From Alphaproteobacteria bacterium (GTDB taxonomy: Bacteria > Pseudomonadota > Alphaproteobacteria > SHVZ01): DNA of 64,000 bases. The translations under genes were made by a program, and so were the position numbers. Under the pieces are notes generated by a model that saw only the letters and a program-made list of their open reading frames with translations, was not told the DNA's origin and did no database searches. Positions 10,092 to 20,198 of this stretch are shown here, piece by piece (position 1 is the stretch's first letter; the number at the start of each line of letters is the position of its first letter). The stretch spans positions 6,608 to 70,607 of the forward strand of contig SHVZ01000003.1 of assembly GCA_009694025.1 (NCBI GenBank), in the 5' to 3' direction.

Positions 10092-10874
10092 ATGACCGAA
10101 ATCGACCAGCGCGAGCTTGCCCTTCTCGCCATCGCCCGCGAGGCCGGCGAGCTCGCCCGGCGGCGCTTCCTCGACCGTTCGAGCTTCACCGTCAAGTTCA
10201 AGGGGCCGCAGGATTTCATCACCGAGGCCGACGGCGAGGTCGAGCGGCTGATCCTCGGCCGTCTCAGGGCCGCGTTCCCCGACGACACCCATCTCGGCGA
10301 GGAGACCGGCGGCACGCCCGGACGCCGCGCCTGGGTGATCGACCCGATCGACGGCACCGCCAACTTCGCGCGCGGCATCGCGCATTTCTGCGTGTCCATC
10401 GCCTTCGTCGAGGACGGAAAGATCCGGCTCGGCGCCATCTACCAGCCGATGACGCGCGAGATGTTCGCGGCCCGCAAAGGCCAGGGCGCCAGCCTCGACG
10501 GCCGGCCGATGAGGACCAACACGACCGCGAACATCGAGGAGGCGGCGATCGAGCTCGGCTGGTCGAAGCGACGCTCGAACAAGGACTATACCGACACCGC
10601 GCTTCGCCTGCTGGAGGCCGGGGCCAGCTTCCGGCGCTGCGCCTCGGGCGCGCTCGGCCTGGCATCGGTCGCCGACGGCCGGACCGACGCCTATTTCGAG
10701 CGCCACATCAATTCCTGGGACTGCCTCGCCGGCATCCTGATGGTGCGGGAGGCGGGCGGCTGGACCAACGACTTCCTCGCCGGAGACGGGCTGCTCAAGG
10801 GCAACCCGGTGCTCGCCACCAACGCCCCGCTGAAGGACGTGATGGCGAAGCTGGTCGAGGTCGAAAGGGGATAG
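10092..10874 (+). CDS. inositol monophosphatase-family phosphatase
   Basis: WVIDPIDGTANF and WDCLAG motifs typical of the IMPase/SuhB family. Confidence 0.8.
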   Translation: MTEIDQRELALLAIAREAGELARRRFLDRSSFTVKFKGPQDFITEADGEVERLILGRLRAAFPDDTHLGEETGGTPGRRAWVIDPIDGTANFARGIAHFCVSIAFVEDGKIRLGAIYQPMTREMFAARKGQGASLDGRPMRTNTTANIEEAAIELGWSKRRSNKDYTDTALRLLEAGASFRRCASGALGLASVADGRTDAYFERHINSWDCLAGILMVREAGGWTNDFLAGDGLLKGNPVLATNAPLKDVMAKLVEVERG

Positions 10875-10913
10875 GCTATCGTCCGACGACGAGCCAATGA
10901 TTCCGGGAAGACC

Positions 10914-12626
10914 ATGAGCAACACCGTCGACAAGGCGCCGCACGGGCTGGCGCGGGGCCTCACCAACTACGGCGACCGGGACTTCGCGCTCTATCTCCGC
11001 CGGTCCTTCGCCCGCTCGATGGGCTATTCGGACGCCATGCTGGCCCGTCCGGTGGTCGGCATCGTCGACACCTCCAGCGGGTTCAACAACTGCCACCGCC
11101 ACCTGCCGGAGCTGATCGAGGCGGTGAAGCGGGGCGTGCTGATCGCCGGCGGTCTGCCGGTCGTCTTCCCGACGATCTCGCTCGGCGAGGTGTTCCTCAC
11201 GCCCACCAGCCTCAAATACCGGAACCTCATGGCCCTCGACACCGAGGAGATGATCCGGGCCCAGCCGATGGATGCCGTGGTCGCGGTCGGCGGCTGCGAC
11301 AAGACCGTGCCGGCGCAGCTGATGGCGCTGGCCTCCGCCGGCAAGCCGGCGGTCCAGCTCCTCGCCGGGCCCATGCTCACCTCGGGCTACCGCGGCGAGC
11401 GCCTCGGGGCCTGCACCGACTGCCGGCGCTTCTGGGCTCGCTACCGGGCGGGTGAGATCGACGCCCAGGAGATCCAACGGGTCGAGGGGCAGCTCGCCAC
11501 CACCGCCGGCACCTGCGCCGTCATGGGAACGGCCTCGACCATGGCGGCGATCGCCGAGACCCTGGGCCTGGCGCTGCCGGGAACGGCGGCGATCCCGGCC
11601 GTCCATGCCGATCGTCTCCGCGCCGGCGAAGCCTCCGGGGCCGCCGCGCTCGATGCCGCCAAAATGGGCCTCACCCCGGACAAGCTGATCACCGAGAAAT
11701 CGGTCGAGAATGCGCTGACCGTGCTGCTCGCGGTCGGCGGCTCGACCAATGCCGTCCTGCATCTGGCGGCGATCGCCGGGCGCGTCGGCATCGACCTCGA
11801 CCTCAGGCGCCTGAACCAGCTCTCCGACCGGACGCCGGTCATCGTCGACCTGAAGCCGACCGGGCAGCACTATATGGAGGATCTGTTCGCCGCCGGCGGT
11901 GTCGGCGCGGTCCTGCGCGAGCTTCGGCCGCTGCTCCACCAGGAGTGCCTCACGGTCACGGGCGAGACGCTGGGTGAGCGGCTCGACCAGGGAGATGCCT
12001 GGGTCGACCGCAAGGTCGTCCGCTCGCTCGCCGATCCGTTCCTCCCCTATGGCGGGCTGGTGGCGCTGTTCGGCTCGCTCGCCCCCGGCGGCGCCATCCT
12101 CAAGCGCTCGGCTGCCGATACCCGGCTGTTCGAACGCGAGGGCCGCGCCGTCGTCTTCGACGGGCTCGAGGACCTCGCCCGCCGCATCGACGCGCCCGAC
12201 CTCGACGTCACTCCCGACGACTTCCTGGTGATGAAGGGGGCGGGGCCGACTTCGGCCGCCTGTATGCCGGAGGCGGGATACCTGCCGATCCCGACCAAGC
12301 TCGCCCGCGCCGGGGTCAAGGACATGGTCCGGATCTCCGACGCGCGGATGAGCGGCACCGCCTTCGGCGCGGTCGTCCTGCACGTGACGCCCGACGCCGC
12401 CTCCGGCGGTCCGCTCGCCAGGGTCCGCTCCGGCGACCGCATCCGACTTTCGGTCAGGGACCGCCGGCTCGACCTCCTGGTGGCGGAGGAGGAGCTGGCC
12501 CGGCGCCCGCTGCCGGGCGCCGCCCGGCCGTCGCGCGGCTACGACAAGCTCTACGCCCGCGAGATCACCCAGGCCGACAAGGGCTGCGACTTCGACTTCC
12601 TCCGGGCCTTGCCGGAGCGTCCGTGA
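10914..12626 (+). CDS. IlvD/EDD-family dehydratase (dihydroxy-acid or sugar-acid dehydratase)
   Basis: 570 aa, with CDKTVPAQLMA Fe-S ligand region and the SGTAFG C-terminal motif of the IlvD/EDD family. Confidence 0.8.
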   Translation: MSNTVDKAPHGLARGLTNYGDRDFALYLRRSFARSMGYSDAMLARPVVGIVDTSSGFNNCHRHLPELIEAVKRGVLIAGGLPVVFPTISLGEVFLTPTSLKYRNLMALDTEEMIRAQPMDAVVAVGGCDKTVPAQLMALASAGKPAVQLLAGPMLTSGYRGERLGACTDCRRFWARYRAGEIDAQEIQRVEGQLATTAGTCAVMGTASTMAAIAETLGLALPGTAAIPAVHADRLRAGEASGAAALDAAKMGLTPDKLITEKSVENALTVLLAVGGSTNAVLHLAAIAGRVGIDLDLRRLNQLSDRTPVIVDLKPTGQHYMEDLFAAGGVGAVLRELRPLLHQECLTVTGETLGERLDQGDAWVDRKVVRSLADPFLPYGGLVALFGSLAPGGAILKRSAADTRLFEREGRAVVFDGLEDLARRIDAPDLDVTPDDFLVMKGAGPTSAACMPEAGYLPIPTKLARAGVKDMVRISDARMSGTAFGAVVLHVTPDAASGGPLARVRSGDRIRLSVRDRRLDLLVAEEELARRPLPGAARPSRGYDKLYAREITQADKGCDFDFLRALPERP

Positions 12627-12724
12627 GCCGCTTTGCCGGATCATGGTGCGTCGGGGGTCGAGAACAGACAGCCAACGCCCGGTCGACGCGGATCATGCAG
12701 ACGGTCGTGACTTAGGGTAAAGGA

Positions 12725-14692
12725 GTGCCCGTCTCGATCGCTCCGGCGGCATCCGCCCCCGGGGCCCAGGCACTGCCTCAGAGCCACCAGCCGGAACCCC
12801 ACGTGCCGCAAGCCGAAGCCCTTTCGTCCCCAGATCGCAAGCACGCTATCCGCGGCCTGATGCTCGCCGCCATCGGCGTCGTCTACGGCGACATCGGCAC
12901 CAGCCCGCTCTACGCGATGAAGGAGAGCTTCCTCGGCGCGCACGCGGTCGAGCTGACCCAGGCCCATGTCTACGGCGTGCTGTCGCTGGTCTTCTGGTCG
13001 GTGATGGCGGTCGTCTCCTTCAAGTACGTGACTGTGATCATGCGCGCCGACAACAAGGGCGAGGGCGGCAGCCTGGCGCTCCTCGCGCTCGTCGGCCGTG
13101 CTGTCCAAGGCGCCCGCACAGCCCTCCTGATCTCGGTCCTCGGCGTCTTCGCCGCGGCGCTGTTCTACGGCGACAGCATGATCACCCCGGCGATCTCGGT
13201 ACTAAGCGCGGTCGAGGGCCTGGCGCTGGCGGCGCCGACGCTCGGCACCTACGTCGTCCCGCTCACCGTCGCCATTCTGTTCGGCCTATTCGTCATCCAG
13301 AGCCGCGGTACGGCGCGGGTCGGCGCCTTGTTCGGCCCGATCATGGTGCTGTGGTTCCTCGTTCTCGCCGTCCTCGGCGTCGCCGCCATCGTCGATCATC
13401 CGAGCATCCTGCTCGCGCTGAGTCCGACTTACGCCATCGAGTTCTTCCTCGTCGACAAGTGGAAGGCGTTCCTCGCGCTCGGGACCGTGGTCCTGGCCGT
13501 GACCGGCGCCGAGGCGCTCTACGCCGACATGGGGCACTTCGGCCGCGAGCCGATCCGGCGGGCATGGTTCCTGTTCATCTTTCCGAGCCTGATGCTCAAC
13601 TATCTCGGCCAGGGCGCGCTGCTGCTGGAGAATCCGGCGGCGGTAGTCAACCCCTTCTACAGCCTGGCACCGGACTGGGCGCTCGTGCCGTTGATCGTGT
13701 TGGCGACCCTGGCCGCCGTGATCGCCTCCCAGGCGGTCATCTCCGGCGCTTTCTCCGTCACCCAGCAGGCGATCCAGCTCGGATTCCTGCCACGAATGAT
13801 GATCACGCACACCTCGTCCTCCGAGATCGGGCAGATCTATATTCCGTTCATCAACTGGGCGCTGATGGTCTTCGTCAGCGCGCTCGTCCTCGGCTTCGGC
13901 TCCACCACCAACCTCGCCGCCGCCTACGGCATCGCGGTCACCGGCACGATGACGATCGACACGGTGCTGGGCTACCTCTACGCCCGCCGGATCGCCAAGT
14001 GGAACGCCACCGCCGCGCTCGCGCTGTTCGGCGCCTTCCTTATCGTCGACCTCGCCTATTTTGGCGCCAACCTCGTGAAGATCCCGGACGGCGGCTGGTT
14101 CCCGCTCGGCCTCGGCCTCGTCATCTTCGTGCTGCTGATCACCTGGAAGCGCGGCCGCCTGCTCCTGTTCGAGAAGCTCCGCACCGACACCATCCCGATG
14201 GACGTCTTCCTCAGGTCCAGCTCGAAGTCCGTGCATCGCGTGCGCGGCACCGCCGTGTACATGACGGCCTCGGCCGAGGCGGTGCCGCATGCGCTTCTGC
14301 ACAACCTCAAGCACAACAAAGTGCTGCACGAGCGGAACGTGCTGCTGACGGTGGTGACGACGGAGACGCCGACGTGGTCGCTGGCGCAGCGTCTCGAGGT
14401 CAGCGAGCTCGGCTCGAACTTCTGGCGGGTGATCGTGCGCTTCGGCTTCATGGAGGTCGCCGACGTGCCGCTGGCGCTGACCGGGGGCGCGGCTGCCGGG
14501 CTTCCGATCGAAATCGTCGAGACGTCGTTTTTCCTCAGCCGCGAGGCGATCATTCCCTCGATGCGCCCGGGCATGGCGGTCTGGCGCGAGATTCTGTTCG
14601 CGTGGATGCAGAAGAACGCGACCGGCGCGATGGACTTCTTCAAGCTGCCTCCCGACCGTGTGGTCGAGGTCGGCAGCCAGATCGAAATCTAG
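12725..14692 (+). CDS. kup: potassium uptake protein Kup/HAK/KT
   Basis: GVVYGDIGTSPLY signature and about 12 TM helices with a C-terminal cytosolic domain. The start is uncertain: GTG at 12725 or ATG at 12860. Confidence 0.9.
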   Translation: MPVSIAPAASAPGAQALPQSHQPEPHVPQAEALSSPDRKHAIRGLMLAAIGVVYGDIGTSPLYAMKESFLGAHAVELTQAHVYGVLSLVFWSVMAVVSFKYVTVIMRADNKGEGGSLALLALVGRAVQGARTALLISVLGVFAAALFYGDSMITPAISVLSAVEGLALAAPTLGTYVVPLTVAILFGLFVIQSRGTARVGALFGPIMVLWFLVLAVLGVAAIVDHPSILLALSPTYAIEFFLVDKWKAFLALGTVVLAVTGAEALYADMGHFGREPIRRAWFLFIFPSLMLNYLGQGALLLENPAAVVNPFYSLAPDWALVPLIVLATLAAVIASQAVISGAFSVTQQAIQLGFLPRMMITHTSSSEIGQIYIPFINWALMVFVSALVLGFGSTTNLAAAYGIAVTGTMTIDTVLGYLYARRIAKWNATAALALFGAFLIVDLAYFGANLVKIPDGGWFPLGLGLVIFVLLITWKRGRLLLFEKLRTDTIPMDVFLRSSSKSVHRVRGTAVYMTASAEAVPHALLHNLKHNKVLHERNVLLTVVTTETPTWSLAQRLEVSELGSNFWRVIVRFGFMEVADVPLALTGGAAAGLPIEIVETSFFLSREAIIPSMRPGMAVWREILFAWMQKNATGAMDFFKLPPDRVVEVGSQIEI

Positions 14693-14716
14693 GTCCAAGA
14701 TCCAAGAGAACCGGAC

Positions 14717-15799
14717 ATGGTGACGCTCAAGGCGAGCGCGTTGCAGGACTTCGTCGGCGATATCTTCATCAAGGCCGGCTGCTCGCCCGAGGAGGGCCGG
14801 CGCATCGGCAGGTATCTCGTCGCCGCGAACCTGACCGGCCACGACAGCCACGGCGTCGTCCGTGTGCCGCGCTACGTGCAGATGAAGAACGACGGCCTGA
14901 TCCGTGCCGATCAGGAGGTCGAGGTCGTGGTCGACACGCCGGTGTTGGCGGTGGTCGATGGGCGCTATGGCTTCGGCCAGACCGCTGCCCCCCAGGCCGT
15001 CCAGATCGGCATCGACAAGTGCCGGCAGATGGGCCTCTCGGCCGTGGCGCTGCGCAACGCCGGCCATATCGGCCGGGTCGGCGACTGGGCCGAGATGGCG
15101 GCGGCGGCGGGCCTCGTCTCCGTGCACTTCGTCAATGCCGCCGGCTCGATCCTGGTGGCGCCCTTCGGCGCGGTCGAGCGGCGCTTCTCGACCGCCCCCT
15201 ATTGCGTCGGCGTGCCCCGCCCGGGCGAGGCGCCGCTGGTGCTGGACTTCGCCACCTCGGTCGTCGCTGAGGGCAAGGTGCTGGTGGCGAGCAAGGGCGG
15301 AAGTAAGGTGCCGGAGCACGCCCTGATCGGCCCCGACGGGAAGATGAGCGGCGATCCGCACCTCCTCTACGGCGACTACCAGGCCGCCGGCGGGCGCGAC
15401 TACAAGCGGGGCGACGGCGCGATCCGCGCCTTCGGCGACCACAAGGGCTCCGGCCTCGCCTTCATGTGCGAGGTCCTGGGCGGCGCGCTCACCGGCACCG
15501 GCGCGGCGACCGAGGGGCGCCGCTTCGCCAACGGCATGCTGTCGTTCTACATCGATCCCAAGATCGTCGATCCCGCCAACTTCCTGCCGGGCGAGCTCGC
15601 CCGCTTCGTCGGCTGGGTCAAGACGGCGAAGCCGATCCCCGGCGAGCAGGTGCTGGTGCCGGGCGAGAAGGAGGCGCGTCTGCGCGCCGAGCGCCTGGCC
15701 AAGGGCATCCCGCTCCCCGACGAGATCTGGCAGTCACTGGTCACGACCGCGCGCGAGGTCGGCCTGGACGAGCGGCGGATCCAGTCGGCGGCGATGTAG
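14717..15799 (+). CDS. Ldh_2-family (malate/L-lactate dehydrogenase type 2) oxidoreductase
   Basis: LTGHDSHGV motif and overall Ldh_2 fold-family similarity; 360 aa. Confidence 0.7.
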   Translation: MVTLKASALQDFVGDIFIKAGCSPEEGRRIGRYLVAANLTGHDSHGVVRVPRYVQMKNDGLIRADQEVEVVVDTPVLAVVDGRYGFGQTAAPQAVQIGIDKCRQMGLSAVALRNAGHIGRVGDWAEMAAAAGLVSVHFVNAAGSILVAPFGAVERRFSTAPYCVGVPRPGEAPLVLDFATSVVAEGKVLVASKGGSKVPEHALIGPDGKMSGDPHLLYGDYQAAGGRDYKRGDGAIRAFGDHKGSGLAFMCEVLGGALTGTGAATEGRRFANGMLSFYIDPKIVDPANFLPGELARFVGWVKTAKPIPGEQVLVPGEKEARLRAERLAKGIPLPDEIWQSLVTTAREVGLDERRIQSAAM

Positions 15800-15813
15800 G
15801 GGCGGACAGCCTC

Positions 15814-17079
15814 CTACTTCTTCTCGAAGTCGATCTTCTCGTCGACCGGGAGGCCCTGGAGATAGCGCCTCAAGCAGTCGAGGCCCATCTCGACAGCGCC
15901 GAGCCTGACCCACTCGCGACCGCCGAGAAGGCGCGCCTGCCGCGTCACGGTGTCGGTCCCGGTTGCGATCGCGATGGCGATGGTGCCGCCGAGCTCAAGT
16001 CGGTCGGCGCCCTCGTCGAGGTCGACGAGGAGGACGAGAGCGTGGCTGGCGCCGGTGGCGCCGAGAAGCGCTCGGGCGACCGCGACCGCCGTTTCCGGCG
16101 TGGCGACGGCGCCGTCGGCCGGAAGGCCGACCGCCGCCCGCATCTGGGTAAGATCGCGGGCGACGACACCGCGCCGGAACACCTTCTCCGCTCCCGCCAG
16201 AGGGGCGAGCCGGGCCGCGACCTGGCCGCCGGTGAAGCTTTCCGCCACCGCCAGCGTCGCGGCGCGCGAGGCCAGCGCCGCCAGCACCACGCCTTCGAGC
16301 GTCTGGTCGTCCTCTGCCAAGATGAAGTTGCCGACGCGCTTCTGCACCTCGGCCTCGACCGGGGCGAGCTTGCGCCTGACCTCGTCCATATCGGCGCCGC
16401 GCACCACCAGCTTGGTCTCGAGCTGCGGGTAGTGGGCGCGGAAACCCAGCTTGATGCTGCCGTCCGGCACCATCTCCTCGATGCCGGCCAGCAGCGTGTC
16501 GACATGGGACTCGCCGAGGCCATAGGAGTGGAAGCGCTTCAGATGGATGGTGACGGCGCGGCCGCTCTTCTTGAGGAGGCGCGGGATGATCTGCTCTTCC
16601 AGCATGCGGCGGAGCTCGCGCGGCACGCCGGGGGTGAAGAAGAACCAGGCCTTGCCGATGTCGAGGGCGAAGCCGCAGGCGGTACCAATCGGGTTATCGA
16701 GGACCTCCGCCGTCGCCGGCAGCATCGCCTGCTTGACGTTGTTGGGCGGCATCACCCGGGCGCGTCGCGTGAAGAACTCCTCCATCTTGGCGAGCCACTC
16801 CCGGTTCAGCACGAGCTCGGTCGAGGTGGCTTTGGCGGCGATCTCCTGGGAGAGGTCATCGACGGTCGGCCCGAGCCCGCCGTTGACGATCACCGCGTCG
16901 GCGCGGCCCGCGGCCAGCCGGAAGGCGTCGAGGAGGCGCTCGCGGTCGTCGCCGACGGTGGTGCCCCAGACCACCGAGAGCCCGACATCCTCCAACTTCT
17001 GGCTCATGTAGCTGAAGTTGGAGTTGACGATCTTGCCGGTCAGGACCTCGTCCCCGGTGCAGATGATCTCGATGCGCAT
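15814..17079 (-). CDS. cinA: CinA-family competence/damage-inducible protein (MoCF-binding domain plus PncC NMN-deamidase domain)
   Basis: N-terminal MRIEIICTGDEVLTGKIVNSN molybdopterin-binding-like domain and a C-terminal CinA domain; 421 aa. Confidence 0.85.
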   Translation of the reverse strand: MRIEIICTGDEVLTGKIVNSNFSYMSQKLEDVGLSVVWGTTVGDDRERLLDAFRLAAGRADAVIVNGGLGPTVDDLSQEIAAKATSTELVLNREWLAKMEEFFTRRARVMPPNNVKQAMLPATAEVLDNPIGTACGFALDIGKAWFFFTPGVPRELRRMLEEQIIPRLLKKSGRAVTIHLKRFHSYGLGESHVDTLLAGIEEMVPDGSIKLGFRAHYPQLETKLVVRGADMDEVRRKLAPVEAEVQKRVGNFILAEDDQTLEGVVLAALASRAATLAVAESFTGGQVAARLAPLAGAEKVFRRGVVARDLTQMRAAVGLPADGAVATPETAVAVARALLGATGASHALVLLVDLDEGADRLELGGTIAIAIATGTDTVTRQARLLGGREWVRLGAVEMGLDCLRRYLQGLPVDEKIDFEKK

Positions 17080-17170
17080 TGAGGATGTCCGGGTGAGAAG
17101 GGGCGGTATCGGAGGGCGCCGGGGCCGGACCGATCTGTATCATAGAGCGCGAATCGGCTAAACCTCACCC

Positions 17171-18310
17171 ATGGTCCAAGAGATCGGCCGGGCCGCGCCG
17201 GACCTCGGCATCCTCCGCAAGCTCCTGCTGATGAACTGGGGCCTGATCGCGCTCGTCCTGATGATCGCCTCGATCGGCGTCGCAATCCTCTATTCGGCTG
17301 CCGGCGGCGCCTGGTCGCCCTGGGCGTCGCGCCAGCTCACCCGGCTCGCTGTCGGCCTCGTGGTGATGGTGGCGGTCGCGCTCGTCGATGTCCGGCACTG
17401 GCTCCGCTACGCCTACTTGATCTACGGCATCGCCCTGGTGCTCCTGGTGGTGGTCGACGTCATGGGCCGGGTCGGCGGCGGGGCCCAGCGCTGGCTCGAC
17501 TTCGGCTTCATCCAGCTCCAGCCCTCCGAGCTGATGAAGGTCGCCGTGGTGCTGGCGCTCGCCCGCTACTTCCACGGCCTCACCCTGGATCAGGTCGGGA
17601 AGCTGCTGATGGTGGTCCCGCCGATTCTCCTGATCGCCTTTCCGGTCGCCTTGGTGCTGCGCCAGCCGAACCTCGGCACGGCGATGCTGCTCGCCATCGG
17701 CTCGGCCGCGGTGATGTTCTCGGCCGGCGTGCGCATCTGGAAGTTCCTGCTGATCGGTGGCGCCGCCGGCGCGGCGATCCCGGTCGCCTGGTCCTTCCTC
17801 AAGGACTATCAGAAGCGCCGGGTCTATACCTTCCTCGATCCCTCCCAGGACCCGCTCGGCGCCGGCTACAACATCCTGCAGTCGAAAATCGCCCTCGGGT
17901 CAGGCGGCGTCTTCGGCAAGGGCTTCCTCAACGGGACTCAAGGCCAGCTCCGCTTCCTGCCGGAGATGCAGACCGACTTCATCTTCACCGTGCTCGCCGA
18001 GGAGTTCGGTATGGTCGGCTGCCTGGTGCTGCTCGGCCTCTACGTGCTCGTGCTCATCTACGGCTTCGCCATCGCCGTCCGCGCCCGCAGCCAGTTCGGC
18101 CGCCTGGTCGCCATCGGTATCACCACGCAGCTCTTCCTCTATGTCTTCATCAACATGGCGATGGTGATGGGGCTGGTGCCGATCGTTGGAATCCCGCTGC
18201 CGCTGGTCAGCTATGGCGGCACCGCCATGCTTACCCTGCTCGCCGGCGCCGGCTTGTTGCTCTCGGTCTCGATCCATCGCGACGTCGAGATCCCGCGCTG
18301 GCACGGCTGA
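17171..18310 (+). CDS. rodA: SEDS-family peptidoglycan glycosyltransferase RodA
   Basis: FtsW/RodA/SpoVE family: 379 aa, 10 TM helices, and an SYGGT motif near the C-terminus. Confidence 0.85.
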   Translation: MVQEIGRAAPDLGILRKLLLMNWGLIALVLMIASIGVAILYSAAGGAWSPWASRQLTRLAVGLVVMVAVALVDVRHWLRYAYLIYGIALVLLVVVDVMGRVGGGAQRWLDFGFIQLQPSELMKVAVVLALARYFHGLTLDQVGKLLMVVPPILLIAFPVALVLRQPNLGTAMLLAIGSAAVMFSAGVRIWKFLLIGGAAGAAIPVAWSFLKDYQKRRVYTFLDPSQDPLGAGYNILQSKIALGSGGVFGKGFLNGTQGQLRFLPEMQTDFIFTVLAEEFGMVGCLVLLGLYVLVLIYGFAIAVRARSQFGRLVAIGITTQLFLYVFINMAMVMGLVPIVGIPLPLVSYGGTAMLTLLAGAGLLLSVSIHRDVEIPRWHG

Positions 18311-18335
18311 CCGGCGTCGGGGATGCCATCGGCGG

Positions 18336-20180
18336 TCATCTGGCGAGAACGTATCGCAGCAGCCGCGCGCCGTTCTGCCGGTCCAGGTGGTAGGTGTCGG
18401 AGAAATCCTCCTCGTCGCCGCCGAAGGCCGCCGGCGTCGACAGGTCGTGGAGGCGAACGGTTTCGGAGACGAGCGGACGGATGAGGTCGAGCACCTCCGC
18501 CTTTCGCGCCGGGTAGGTGGTCTTCTCGGCGAGAAAGTCGCCGAGCGCCCGGTGGATCGGCATGATGACGAAGTCGATGCGGATGGCGGCGGCGGTTGCG
18601 ACCCGCGCCATGTCGCGGAGATACTCCGACTGCTTCGGGCAGATGCGGTCGAAGCCGCCGTAGGCGACCGCCATCGCGTGCCGGTTCTGCTCGATGACGT
18701 CGGGGCGAAGGCCTGAAGGCTGCACCCCGGCATCGTCGCCGATCAGGTCGCCGTGCTCACCGTCGAAGCTGTAGCGCAACCCGGGGTTCCAGCCGATCAG
18801 GCGCTGGAGATTGATGCGGAGGCGTTGAAACTCGCGTTCGCCGGCTTCGCCGAGCGCCGCCAGGGCCGCCCGGTCGTCCGGCGCCAGGTACTTCACCAGG
18901 TCGGGGAAGCCGATCGAGCGCGGGTCGATGACGGTAACGTCCTTCGGCCGGAAGGCGAAGACGTCGAGACCGACGATGATTCTGCGCACTCTGTCCTGAC
19001 GGTCCAGGGCGAATCGCATGACGCAGTAGATGTCGGCGATCATCGCCATGTCGATCGCGAGGTTGAAGGCAGATATCCCGGCGGCCGCCTCGAGCTTGCC
19101 CGGAATCGTGTAGGCGGTGCTCGACCCGAGGATCAGGAGGTCGAAACGGCCGGTCGCCCCGGCGAACGACGCGAGCTTGTCGCCACGCGGGGATGCGCCT
19201 GTCTGGCGGCTTGAGGCGATGGCGCCCTGCTCGACCTCCTCGAGCAGGCGACAGATGGCGTCGACCGAATCGAAGCGGTGGAACCCGACGACGTTCGGCA
19301 GCGGCAGCCGGTCGCCGAACCGCTCGCCGAGGGCGAGGAGCAGCCGGGTGAGCGCCAGGGAATCGAGTTGTCCGCTGAGGATGAGGGAGTCATCGTCATC
19401 CGGGCAGTCGCGATCGAGCGCGACGGTTACGGCCGCTCTCACGAACGCGACCAGCGAACCGTCGGCCGCCGGCTCCGCCCGAGCCGGCCCGGAAGCCCGG
19501 GCGGCGAGCTCGGAAAGGTACCGTTGGCGGTTGAGCCGCCGGGAGATCTTTCCGGAGGTCGATTTCAACAGCCAGCCGCGATCGACGGCATGGACGGCGC
19601 GCGGGGCGACATCGAGCTGGGCCAGCAGCTCGGACGATATCCATCGCGCGAGCGCGGGGCGGTCCTCGCCGGCGATCGTCTCGGCGACGACGACGACATG
19701 CGACGTTCCGTCCTTGTCGTCGTCGACGCCGAAGGCGACCGAGCGTCCGGGAACGACCCCGGGGACCGAATCGACCACCGCCTCCAGGTCCTGCGGCAGG
19801 AGGTTGCGGCCGGCGACGATGATCATGTCGTCGGCGCGGCCAAGGACGAAGAGCTCGCCGTCCTGCATGAACCCGATGTCGCCGGTGCGCAGCTCGCCGC
19901 CGCCGAGCGCGGCCGACGTCGCCTCCGGGTTCTCGAGATATCCAGCGGTCAGCATCGAACTCGCGACCCGGATCTCGCCGACGGTGGACTCCGCGAGGCT
20001 GCGGCCGGACTCGTCGGCGATGCGGACCGTGACGCCGGCGATCGCCCGCCCCGAGGAGACCAGCGGGGTGGGCCCCGGTACGACCGAAGGTTCCGAGCCG
20101 AGACGGGTGGCATCGACACTCGCGAGCACCGGCGGTTCTCCGAGTCGCGATGACGTTACCGCAAAGGTCGCCTCGGCCAT
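18336..20180 (-). CDS. C-terminal half of a fatty acyl-AMP ligase fused to an acyl carrier domain and a roughly 290-aa SGNH/DltD-like C-terminal domain; same frame as the upstream fragment after a TAG
   Basis: Begins ...AMAEATFAVTS (the adenylation-domain hinge region). An ACP motif DDSLILSGQLDSLALTRLL follows. The C-terminal domain carries ILGSST and a terminal D-T-Y-H (DxxH) motif. Confidence 0.7.
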   Translation of the reverse strand: MAEATFAVTSSRLGEPPVLASVDATRLGSEPSVVPGPTPLVSSGRAIAGVTVRIADESGRSLAESTVGEIRVASSMLTAGYLENPEATSAALGGGELRTGDIGFMQDGELFVLGRADDMIIVAGRNLLPQDLEAVVDSVPGVVPGRSVAFGVDDDKDGTSHVVVVAETIAGEDRPALARWISSELLAQLDVAPRAVHAVDRGWLLKSTSGKISRRLNRQRYLSELAARASGPARAEPAADGSLVAFVRAAVTVALDRDCPDDDDSLILSGQLDSLALTRLLLALGERFGDRLPLPNVVGFHRFDSVDAICRLLEEVEQGAIASSRQTGASPRGDKLASFAGATGRFDLLILGSSTAYTIPGKLEAAAGISAFNLAIDMAMIADIYCVMRFALDRQDRVRRIIVGLDVFAFRPKDVTVIDPRSIGFPDLVKYLAPDDRAALAALGEAGEREFQRLRINLQRLIGWNPGLRYSFDGEHGDLIGDDAGVQPSGLRPDVIEQNRHAMAVAYGGFDRICPKQSEYLRDMARVATAAAIRIDFVIMPIHRALGDFLAEKTTYPARKAEVLDLIRPLVSETVRLHDLSTPAAFGGDEEDFSDTYHLDRQNGARLLRYVLAR

Positions 20181-20198
20181 CGCATAGCAGGTGCCGAT

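Noticed and set aside
6209-15442. Very long ORFs antisense to or overlapping confident genes (for example 6209..7966-, 8885..10438-, 10074..12644-, 13286..15442-, 13351..15270+)
   Set aside because: These are typical stop-codon-poor spurious ORFs of a high-GC genome. Their Arg/Gly/Pro/Asp-rich low-complexity translations match no family, while the opposite-strand or alternate-frame genes have clear homology.
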